Assembly (NCBI RefSeq): GCF_001447785.1
Contig: NW_015172003.1
Coordinates: 1,372,708-1,436,707 of the forward strand
Direction of reading: 5' to 3'
DNA: 64,000 nucleotides
Origin: Gekko japonicus
Taxonomy: Eukaryota
The notes beneath the pieces are model-generated. The model worked only from the letters and a program-made list of their open reading frames with translations, was not told the DNA's origin and made no database searches. A program made the position numbers and the translations under genes. This document shows positions 1 to 10,400 of this stretch, one piece after another; the stretch's first letter is position 1; each line of letters starts with the position of its first letter.

Positions 1-424
1 TAGTCATTATGGAATTCTTTCCCAAGGAAGATTTATTTGTTCCCTTCTATCACAGTCTTCTGTCAGTAGGTGAAGACTTTTCTGTTTTGTTTGGCATTCC
101 TTCATGTATGCGTTTGTGCTTCGGTGGAATGCTTTTATTTACATACACACACACACTGAAAAAATTGTTACATTTTGATGTTCGTTGCCTTGGAGACCCT
201 GAACAGGGTTGAAAGGCACCATAATTATGTTAGGAGGCAGCAACTTGCACATGGGAATTCATAATTAAGTATAGAGTCAAACTTGTGTTCTTTAATCTAT
301 GTTTAAGGTCAACTTTCTGGCTACTATACTTGGTGCAAGGCATGCTGGGAAGTACTACAAAGCGTCCTCACACCCCCAACCCCCTCCAAATGCGCTGTAA
401 TAGAAACCGTGGGCCCTGCGTTAC

Positions 425-712
425 CTCATCTTCATCGTCTGAGTCCATTGCTCCCTCCTCCATCCCAAAGCTTCCAAAGGGCTCCCTATGTCCCCTTTCT
501 AGAGCTGCTACTTCTTCTTCTTCTTCTATCTCTTCTTCCTCCTCCTCTTCTTCCATCTCTTCATTCCCCTCACCACTCGACTGTGAGCGGCTTTCCCTCT
601 CGAAGCGCGAGGCCGCTCCGGAGCAACCAGGAGCTTCCGGGAGCTCTTCTTCGTCTTCCTCCTCCTCCTCCTCTTCCAAACCCTCACCCGTGAATCCTTC
701 ACCCATTTCCAT
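425..712 (-). CDS. PCGF6: Polycomb group RING finger 6, first coding exon (96 codons; gene continues left of the window)
   Basis: ATG at 712 opens MEMGEGF...EAPGCSG...poly-E...DSDDEDE, resembling the human PCGF6 N-terminus (APGCSG, poly-Glu, DSEDEE before the RING exon). Donor GAG|GTAACG at 425/424. Head-to-head with TAF5 as in human 10q24. Confidence 0.85.
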
Positions 713-879
713 GCCCCTGAAAAAAGCAAACGCGCAGGCCGCTTCCACCAGCAAATAAGAAAACGGTTCGAACACGTTGCTTTCTACGAAAAAAAACCTC
801 CCCTCCCCACCCCACCCCCCAATCTCTCCTGCTTCCCCCCCCAGGTTCTCTAAAAGCCTCCCCGATCAGACAACATAAA

Positions 880-962
880 CGTGAGCACTGAGCAGGAACC
901 ACATGCGCAGAGTCCGGTAGTGGTTAAAAACATTCTCTAAGTATTCTGGGAAATTGAGTTTT
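880..962 (-). promoter_or_regulatory. Putative PCGF6 promoter (NRF1-like and ZNF143/SBS-like motifs)
   Basis: CATGCGCA at 902-909; minus-strand AACTCAATTTCCCAGAATAC at 941-960 resembles the ACTACAnnTCCCAGnATGC motif; about 200 bp upstream of the ATG. Confidence 0.4.
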
Positions 963-1509
963 TTTTTTTGGGGGGGGGGGGTTAAGGGGAAATGAAACCA
1001 GTCTCAGAGAGCAATGACCGTTTCACTTTGGGTAGAAAGTACCTTGGAGGTGATTTTCGATTTCTGGCATCATAATGACTTTGATCTATGTACAATTTAA
1101 AGATGATTAGTCTGCATGTAACCAGTATAATTCCTCTGCAAGTGAAATAGCCAGCAAAGGGTTTTATAACATCCTGAGACTCAAGTGACAAACAAAAAAT
1201 CTGAGCAGTGGATTAAACAAAAATGTTCTGTCCGTATTTTGATGTATGTTTATGCTATAGGAAAAAAAGGGAACTGGCAGACTGACCAGCTGGCAACAAC
1301 CAACAACTGTAATGATTTTTTAAAATGACATTTTCATTTTGAGGCAGAATTGATGCCCAGTAGAAATTTTATTTATTTATTGTCTGCCTTTCTCACTGGG
1401 ACTCAAAGTGGATTACACAGATTACACAGAGTAAATCAATAGGAGTATGGATCACGTAGCACATTATATGAAGTATGTGAAATTATATCTTAGTATGATC
1501 AAAATGGTT

Positions 1510-1567
1510 AGCATGTTAGTCTGTTTGTAACAGTAGAAAAGAGTGAGTCCAGTAGCTCCTTCAAGAC
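1510..1567. mobile_element. Left half of a Penelope-like terminal-repeat remnant (split by the 1568-3171 insertion)
   Basis: GTAGAAAAGAGTGAGTCCAGTAGCTCCTTCAAGAC joins 3181-3240 to rebuild a repeat also seen at 27230-27365 (GAGTCCAGGAGCACCTTAAAG...AGCTTTCGTGAG). Confidence 0.55.
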
Positions 1568-1911
1568 GGAAAAAGGTAAAAGTCGGATCTACATGGATCC
1601 TCATGAATTCATATGATTTTTACATTGAAACGAAATAAAACTACCATCATATTGTAGGCCATATGTTAATCTATAGGGGGCACCACAAAAATCATGCATC
1701 CACAGATTCGTGGCACCACAACAGCGCAAAAACATGATTCCAAAGCACGGATCCTCATGAATTCATATGATTTTTATGCTGAAACAAAATAAAACCACCA
1801 TCATACTGCAGACCATGTCTTAGACTATAGGCAGCACTCCAAAAATCATGCCCCCACGAATTCGTGGCACCACAAAACTGCAAAAACTTGGTTCCAAAGC
1901 TCGCATGTGTT

Positions 1912-2995
1912 GGCCGAGCGGCAACGTGAGAGGTGGAGTTTACACGGGAGAGGTGGAATTTACCCCTAGGACTCCAAGGCCACTAGGGACTCAGAGAGGC
2001 TTGGGGAAGGTTTGGGTCACCCCCGCCCCCGTCGACTGCCGGCAGCCATAACTTTTTAAAGAGCCCCTAACAAGACCTGGGGGAGCCAGAATGACCTCTC
2101 CCGTGTGATGGCCGAGCAGCAATGCGAGAGGTGGAATTTACACGCGAGAGGTGGAATTTACCCCTAGGACTCCAAGGCCACCACCCCGGGGCTCAGAGAG
2201 GCTTGGGAACGTTTCGCGCCCCTCCCCCACCGTTGCCGTTACCGCTGCTGCCCCCACCGGCGGCCATAACTTTTTAACGAGCCCCTAACAAAACCTGGGG
2301 GAGCCAGAATAACCTTGGCCATCACACCGGAGAGGTGGAATTTACCCCTAGGACTCCAAGGCCACCACCCCGGGGCTCAGAGAGGCTTGGGAACGTTTCG
2401 CGCCCCTCCCCCACCGTTGCCGTTACCGCTGCTGCCCCCACCGGCGGCCATAACTTTTTTTTTTTAAAGAGCCCCTAACAAGACTTGAGGAGTTGCGGTG
2501 GCTCAAGTGGTTAAGACGCTGAACTGCAGGCTGTGGAAGGTCGGTAGTTCAGCAGTTCAAGACCCGGGTTGCCGCATGAGGGCGTGAGCTCCCGTCTCTA
2601 GTTCCAGCTCCTGCCAACCTAGCAGTTCGAAAGCAAGAAATTGCAAGTAGATAAATAGGTACCACTTCGGTGGGAAGGTAACAGCGTTCCGTGCGCCTTG
2701 GTGTTTAGTCATGCCGGCCACATGACCACGGAAACGTCTTCGGACAGCGCTGGCTCTTCGGCTTCACAACCCTAGAGTCGGATTCGACTGGCTTTTGAGC
2801 AAGGGAACCTTTACCTTTAACAAGACCTGGGGGAGCCAGAATGACCTCTTGCGTGTCATGGAATTTACCCCTAGGACTCCAAGGCCACCACCCCGGGCTC
2901 AGAGAGGCTTGGGAACGTTTCGCGCCCCTCCCCCCGCTGCTGCCGCTGGCAGCCATAACTTTTAAAAGAGCCCCTTAGAAGACCTGGGGGAGCCT
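1912..2995. repeat. GC-rich tandem array, about 4 units of 150-200 bp, inside the long-TIR element
   Basis: GGAATTTACCCCTAGGACTCCAAGGCCAC...CTCAGAGAGGCTTGGG...GCCATAACTTTT...GAGCCCCT recurs near 1955, 2153, 2337 and 2860. Confidence 0.9.
2488..2817 (+). mobile_element. Sauria SINE
   Basis: tRNA-like head GGTGGCTCAAGTGGTTAAG, body CTGCCAACCTAGCAGTTCGAAAGC...AGTAGATAAATAGGTACC, (ACCTTT)n tail; TSD TAACAAGACTTG/TAACAAGACCTG; near-identical to 45497-45842. Confidence 0.9.
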
Positions 2996-3171
2996 AACAA
3001 GACCTGGGAGAGCACTGTTGTGGTGCCACGAATCTGTGGATGCCTGATTTTTGTGGTGCCCCTTGTAGACTAACACATGACCTACAATATGATGGTGGTT
3101 TTATTTCGTTTCAATGTAAAAATCATATAAATTCATGAGGATCCATTTAGATCCGACTTTTACCCAGTCCC

Positions 3172-3240
3172 CTTAAAGACTAACAAAATTTGTGGTAGGA
3201 TATTAGCTTTCGTGAGTCACTGCTCACTTCTTCAGATAAC
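3172..3240 (-). mobile_element. Right half of the Penelope-like remnant, with a minimal hammerhead ribozyme motif
   Basis: Minus strand reads TAT-CTGAAGA-A-GTGAG cagtga CTCAC-GAAA-GCTA-ATA. Confidence 0.6.
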
Positions 3241-3599
3241 AGTGGAACATAGGTTGCAAGTGCATGCTTAGGGCGGAGCTGTGAGCGGGCTGCCAGCTGG
3301 GATATGCCAACTTTCGAGTTTCAGAATTTTTATCGATGACACTCGAGAATTCTGATGACGAGTATAGTAAAATCTTTCAATTCACACTATTACAATATGT
3401 GTCCTTTAACAAGGCAGGGATCGAGCTCTGCCTTTAACCTTCGATCGCAATCATATTTGTTTACGCGAAAGGAGGAGCCACTGAAATTAATTTACTTTTA
3501 TGCAATGCATTTGGTTCAGAGGAAGAAGGCACGATTTCACAAGAACCAGAAAGCATTTAACCATAACCCTAAATGTATACAGAAGCCTTTGCACGTTTT

Positions 3600-4400
3600 C
3601 TAAAAATCACGGACTTAACAAAGTGTTCCGACACGTATTCACCCAACCAACGTCTAAACAGTCTTGTAACAATTAGTGGTTTTCCCATAACAGGAACCGG
3701 AAATACCGTAAAGCGTTAGCCAGACTGTCGTTAAGCGTTAGTGGCTTCACTTTGAGGGACTATGCCCTGACTGTCGTAAACCCGCGGGCTGCCTGAGTAA
3801 GAGGCGAGGCTGCTGAGGTCCGGTATGGCGGCTCTGCCGGAGGAACCGGCCGAGGCGGTAACGGTGAAGCCAGACCCCGATGGGGGAGCTCCACCGCCTC
3901 CTCCACCCCAGTCCCCGGCAAATTCCGCTTCCGCTCCCCCTCCCTCCTCGACCGCCGCTGCTCCCCTCACGGACGGGGAGGCTGCGGTGGGCACAACTGA
4001 CTCGAAGCCCCCGGTGGTCCCCAACGCTCAACCGGCCGCCTCTCAGCTGCCCACCGACCGGCAGACGCTGCTGGCGGTGTTGCAGTTCCTGCGGCGTAGC
4101 AATCTCCGCGAGTCCGAAGAAATTCTCCGCCGAGAAGCCCGGCTGCTCAGCGATGAGGTCGCGGCTGATCTCAGCCCTTCGGCGTCCGGCGGGCAGGCAA
4201 CTCATGGCGGGGAAGGGCAGGAGCCCACCCTCGGCGTCGCTGCCCCCGGACCTGGGGAAGTGCTGCTCAGCTCCGTCACTTTTGGCCAGGCTGGGGCTGC
4301 CGTCGCTCCTGCAGCTGTCACGGCCCCTCCGGCGGTGCCCTTGGGACCCGCCGGGAAAGGTGAGAAGGCGTGCGGACCGCTCTCAAGAGTTTATGCTGCT
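3600..4400 (+). promoter_or_regulatory. TAF5 CpG island / promoter
   Basis: Sharp CpG and GC enrichment over exon 1; ETS-type ACCGGAAAT at 3696-3704. Confidence 0.7.
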
Positions 4401-7400
4401 TTACCTTTAGGTATTTTTGCCCAGTAGTTATGACAGCAGAGGTTTAAAAAATTAATATTTATTACACGCATAACGGGAATAGCAAATTGTATATTGCAGT
4501 AACACAGATTTGGCTTTGCAGTGGCTTTGCTCCTTAGTTACTTTAAAGTTCACATGGTCATGGATCCTGAAATAAACATTAGATGCTAACTTAGAGCTGT
4601 GTTAATTTGGATTCTGACTCTTTTTGGGAAACATTCCACAAAATAATTTATAGTTTCCTGCACTTCTTTCTGCTTTCATTTTGACAGCCTCCCAAAGCCT
4701 CCCAGTATTACAATGAGCAGTGGCCCAATAGAAGAATGTATATTTTGCAAGTCTTAGGTTCAATCTCTGGTATCTCCAATTAAAAGCTCACAAGTTAGGA
4801 AGCACCTTTCTCTTCATGAGGCCTTGAAGAGTTGCTGATAGGCTGAGTAGTAACATTACTCTAGATGGACTGATGGTCTAACTATGGCAGCTTTGTGCGT
4901 TCCTGTGTTCATACTGGAATATACAAATAAAAACCCATTTAAAACGGCAACCGGTATAAATAATTTTTAAAGACGGAGACATAGAAATTTGAGGTTCTGT
5001 TAATTGCTAGTATTTTAGGGCATGAATGGCCTAATGCCCATTGGGCCTGTCTTGCAGGGCTTTTGGCTAGAGTTGTTACTGTTCTGTTATTCTACTTGGG
5101 TGTGTGTGGTATTGCTTGAACTGCTTTTACTCTGTTACCAGCTTTTGGTCCCAATTGTCCTGGAGAAAGGTGGGCCTCTGAATATTTTAAATAAATACAC
5201 AACAAATAAGAGCAACACACTAGTATCAGGTCCCAAGTATCTGAACTAAGCAGTGTGAAGCTTCACTACTCAGTTATAATTTTTCAGTAGATATTCTTAG
5301 CACTGAAGAACCTGTAATATTTAATCAGTTAATGAAGGATTAAATATACTGTATTAAGGAATTTCAGCTAAATAAAAATCTGTTCATAAGAGTTTTTCCA
5401 GCATCATCAACAATTTGTGTTATTGTTTTCCTCATCTATTCTGGGCAACTCAGACTCAACTTTACTATAATTATATATGGAATATGATAGCAAATGCTGT
5501 GTAAAAGAAATCAGGCTTTAAATCGTTAATATATTGTCATCTTCTCAGTCATCCATGTCAATGAATTTTAGTGGGAGTTCAAAGTAAACATGTTTAGGAT
5601 TGAAATATTACAATACAAAGTACAAGCATTATTTAATAAATACATATTTACCCTGATATGTTGATGCTTTGTAGTTGGTGTCCTCATGGAAGATCAACCG
5701 GATGTGAGTGCAGTGTTGTCTGCCTACAACCAGCAGGGAGACCCAGCACTCTATGAAGACTATTATAGTGGATTGAAACACTTTATTGAATGTGCTCTGG
5801 ACTGTCATCGAGCTGAGCTATCACAACTTTTTTATCCTCTCTTTGTGCACATGTATTTGGAGCTAGTCTACAACGGACATGAAAATGAAGCGAAGTCCTT
5901 CTTTGAAAAGTAATATAATTTTGTACATGTAATTTTATTTTTGTTTTCTCACTTTAAATCATTCAATCTGTTGTAGATCTTCAGAATTAATATAAAGCTA
6001 TGTAGTGATCTGGAAGCACAGTATGTAGCATTTTCTGTGTGGTTATTTGTTAAAACATTTATACCATGCCTTTCCCTATGGCTCAAACTGCCTTACACAT
6101 TCAATTTAAACATACAAAATACAATAAAGCCCCAAATAACCCTCCTCCTCCAGTGCTAATTTCAAGCAAATAACTGTTGAGTATATTCATATTTGCTTTA
6201 TTTGTAATTCTATAAATCTGAAATATAAGTTCTTACTTCAAGCTGATTGTATTCTATTCTGATAACACTTTTATCCATGTGCATTTCTCTCTACTTCTTA
6301 AACCTCATTTTCTGGACTAATCCAATGGACAATAATGTGCTTTTTTTGTGCTGTTAAAGGGGTTTCTTTCCTATTATGGACAAAGTTCTCACCAGGCACT
6401 GCTTTGAGAGGAAGAGTAGGAATGCGCTCTCGGTGCCCAGTGCTGGAACAATCTCAAGTGCCTTGTGACCTGAGTTCCAAAAATTATTATGTAGATACTT
6501 AGGAACCTCAAACATTTTTTTTAGTTCGTTTAGTTTTTGCACTCATAGCAAGTGCTGCTGCTAATGAAGGGCTCCTAGCTGCTTCTCTTAGCAGTCCCAA
6601 CTGTTGTTTTCTGTGCTTTGGTATAAGCAGATGTCTGTGTTAAATGCCTACTTACTGTTTTCTCAAGATGTTCTGAGGAACATACAATTCAAGTTGTTTA
6701 GGAGACTGTCATCTTTTAAGTCTCTAAATCCTCCTTCTAGGTTTCATGGGGATCAGGAGTGTTATTACCAGGATGACTTGCGCGTATTATCAAGTTTAAC
6801 CAAAAAAGAGCACATGCGAGGGAATGAGACAATGCTGGATTTTCGAACGAGCAAGTTTGTGCTGCGCATATCCCGTGACTCTTACCAGCTCTTGAAGAGA
6901 CACCTTCAGGAAAAACAGAACAATCAGATATGGAATATTGTTCAAGAGCATCTTTACATTGATATATTTGATGGAATGCCTCGCAGTAAACAACAAATTG
7001 ATGCTATGGTAGGAAGTCTGGCTGGTGAGGCAAAACGGGAGGCTAATAAAGCAAAGGTACGATGCTGATATTTTTACACTCAGTAGGACATAAATAACAT
7101 CACAGATAATATTTTGTCAGGGATATCTAGGTTGTCAGGCCACTGAAAGCAACTTATACTTTGGTTCTAGGTAGAGAACTAATTCAGCAACTCTTTGATA
7201 GAAAAAGATAGACAGCTTTCTAAGCCCATCCTCATGGACGTCGGATACCTTGTTTTTATCCTGATACCAGTTTGGCCTTTGGCTTTGGCCAGTGTAATAC
7301 AGCTAGTGGATTAGCATTAGTTGGGATGTAGAAATTTAATTTTGGACAGGAGATGATATGCTTAAGACTTTCCAGGATCCCCTGTAGAATGAAATTTTAG

Positions 7401-10400
7401 TGAACTGTCTTATCAGTAATGGTTTTGGTATTCAACGGTGTATTCGATAACCCAGGAAATGAGATTTTTAAACTTTAACAGGCACCGCTAATTGTAATAT
7501 TTAAATATTGAGAAGTTAATAAAGTTAAATGGGCTATTAGGACATTGCTTTTAATAAACTCAGGCTGCAATATGTGAAAATTGTACATGCACCATGCATA
7601 TAAGTTTACTGAATTTCTGTAATTTTCTCTTCTGAATGGTACTATCTTGTACTAAATTAGATGTTGGACACTAATTTTTTCAAGCAACTGCAATACAAAG
7701 AGGTACCTCAGAAAGCTTTGTTGTATGCACAGAAGCTCTCCAAAGGCACTAGTTCTTGGGCTGCAACATAACTAACTTTGTGCACCTTAGGAGAGAGCTT
7801 TCAACTTGTATTTCATCAACAGGAATTGTCTTCATAGCATGGTAAACCGTTTTGAAAACTCGTGAGAGCTGCAAAATAATATTTGTGATGTGACATCCAG
7901 GGTGTAATAAAACCTGCTGTTTTTCTTTAATCTATAAGAAATCTCACGGGGCATGTTCGTGCCCTTCATCACACCTAAAGTATCCCTCTAGATCAGGGGT
8001 GTCGGACTCATTTGTTATGAGGGCCGGATCTGCCATAAATGAGACCTTGTTGGGCCAAGCCATGTGTGTCATAAAATGTAATGCCAGGTAGCAGAGAGAT
8101 AAACTTTATAAAGGACACAAAGGGGTTTTTTTAAACTTAAAAACATGCTTAAAACATTAGCACTCTTGCAATATTCTGTTTATTTAACAGTGTCTGATAA
8201 CTGACACCTCTTGCTCTGAATTGCATCAAAATGTCTGTGCTGTTGCAATCTTGACTATGCTGTTCAGGTTAAGCTGCAAACCTATGATGACGCAGCAGCA
8301 GCAGAAATGGAAGAAAAAGCAGAGGACAGTTCCACTGCAGGCCTGATAGAAGCCCTCCGGGGGCCTGATCTGGCCCCCGGGCCGCATATTTGACACTCCT
8401 GCTCTAGATGGTGGCATTTGTATTAACTTGTATCATATATTGAATTGTGACTTCTCTTTGACCAGATGCAAATGAAATAAGGGTAGTTTTATCACTGACC
8501 TATGACTATCAGTTCTTAACTAGATACCATTAATACATAATGTGAGTGAAAATTGTGGTTTAGTAAGAAACATGCACATTTATTTTAAAGCCATTTAACA
8601 ACTAATTGATTCAGTAGACGGTATCTTACTGGTTGTGCATTTCACTAAGCCTATATTTATATAATAAAATGCTGTACTTTATACTTTGGCTTGTAGGTCT
8701 TTTTTGGCTTATTAAAAGAACCAGAAATTGAATTACCTCTGGATGATGAAGATGAAGAGGGGGAAAATGAGGAGGGTAAGCCAAAGAAGAAGAAGCCAAA
8801 AAAAGACAGCATGGGATCAAAAAGTAAAAAGCAAGATCCAAATGCTCCTCCTCAGAACAGGTAATTTTAAAACTAGAGACGATCAGTTAGTGGCATGGAT
8901 CCTACCTAAAATGTCAGTGGAAGGAAGGAGTTCATCTGTGGAGTGTGACCCCCCCCCCCCAAAGGCCAAGATGCTTCTCCTGCAGGAGGGTTCTTAGGAA
9001 TAGTTTGGGGAGTCAAAGGTGCACCATGGGAGAGGGGAATTAACATACCCCTCTGTAACGATTCCTTGTTTTAAGTGTGTGTGTCAGAGGTAGAAAAAGT
9101 CAGTTATGAGAGACAGTTAGTATGAAAAGTAGTTGGAATTGTTCAGTTGGTGTTCAGTCAGTGAGGGTTAAATTAGTTCTGTGTGGGATCTGAGAGAGAG
9201 CAGCATATGTCTTCAATAGTGAAACTTTAAAGTTCTTAAAGGAGTTAAATTTACCAAGAAATTAAACTGTGTGGAATCTTAAGGACTAAAACTGACAGTG
9301 TGTGTGATACAATTGACAAATATATTTACAAGAACCTTATTCCCAACCAGTTACATAATAACCAACCTCTTATTTTGTTCCCCTTTCAATAAATCCTCTT
9401 TTATTTAAGTTAATCCCAGAAGTCATATCAATTATTCCTCAGGAACACAGAGACCCTTGAAAGCCTAGATCCTGGGTCACAATACCAACATAAGAAACTG
9501 AGAGTGGATTTGGAATTTAGAAAATTCCTGGTGGCAGCCGGAACTACCTATTTTATAAACACCCAGTATAATTTAAAGAGAAACCTAGTCCTCCCCAATA
9601 GGAGGTCGTCACACCCTCCCCCAATCCACAGAATTTGTAGGCAGGATTCAAGCTAATATGGCCTCTTAAAGTCTACTTGTCCCTGAAATTATAAATCTAT
9701 GTCTGGCCTAATCCACTTCAGACCATGTGGGAGAATCACATCACTTAATGCTTCTCAATATACAAAATTCCCTTTGCATAGAAAAGTAGCATGTCAGGCC
9801 CTGACCTGGATAGCCAAGGCAAGCCAGATCTTGGAAACTGAGCAGGGCTGACCCTGGCAAGTACTTGGATGGGAGACCGCCAAGGAATACCAGGGCCGGG
9901 ACTCAGAGGCAGCAAATAGCAAGCCACCTTTCTGAAACATCCAAGTTCCACTAGGGGTTGCCAGAAGTCAGCCATGACACACACACAAATACTCACCAGA
10001 AAAGAAAAGTAACATGTCGGGAAGCAGCCTAGGCTGTATTACCTTCATCCATGACATCTAGTTTCTGTGTGGAAGGATTATTTATTTAGTATGGAGGAAT
10101 GTTCAAGATGTGAATCAATACCTGTGAAGACATACAGCCCAGACACAAGTTTATTCACTTCAGTGACAACTGGACCATAGTTCATTCTACACTTCCACTT
10201 TATCTCTTTTGATCAGTTAAAATTAAAATCATAATATTTGGAAGTCCTGGTTCCATTAGAAGAAACAGCACTAATAAACAGGTTTTATAGTATGAAGGAA
10301 AGACTTGTGAAGAATTCAACTAGATAGATAGTAGAAATGAAAAGTGTTTTGATTTAATAAGAAATATGCAAAATCTATAAGTGTTACTGAATTAAGTCTT

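Larger units (their letters stand above)
1568..3171. mobile_element. Non-autonomous long-TIR DNA transposon, Mutator/Foldback-like
   Basis: About 160-bp terminal inverted repeats (1568-1727 and 3012-3171, roughly 10 mismatches in the 153-bp core); 9-bp TSD CTTCAAGAC (1559-1567) / CTTAAAGAC (3172-3180); internal tandem repeats; no transposase ORF. Confidence 0.8.

Noticed and set aside
285-758. Ser-rich 157-aa plus-strand ORF and other ORFs overlapping exons (3731-4205, 50998-51315, 59076-59456)
   Set aside because: Antisense or off-frame shadows of PCGF6, TAF5 and PDCD11 exons.
2490-2570. tRNA genes (also near 39465, 45500, 50615, 60870)
   Set aside because: Only A/B-box-like heads of SINEs; no complete cloverleaf.
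1912-2995. CRISPR-like repeat-spacer array
   Set aside because: Vertebrate DNA; units are 150-200-bp tandem copies without unique spacers, and no cas genes are present.
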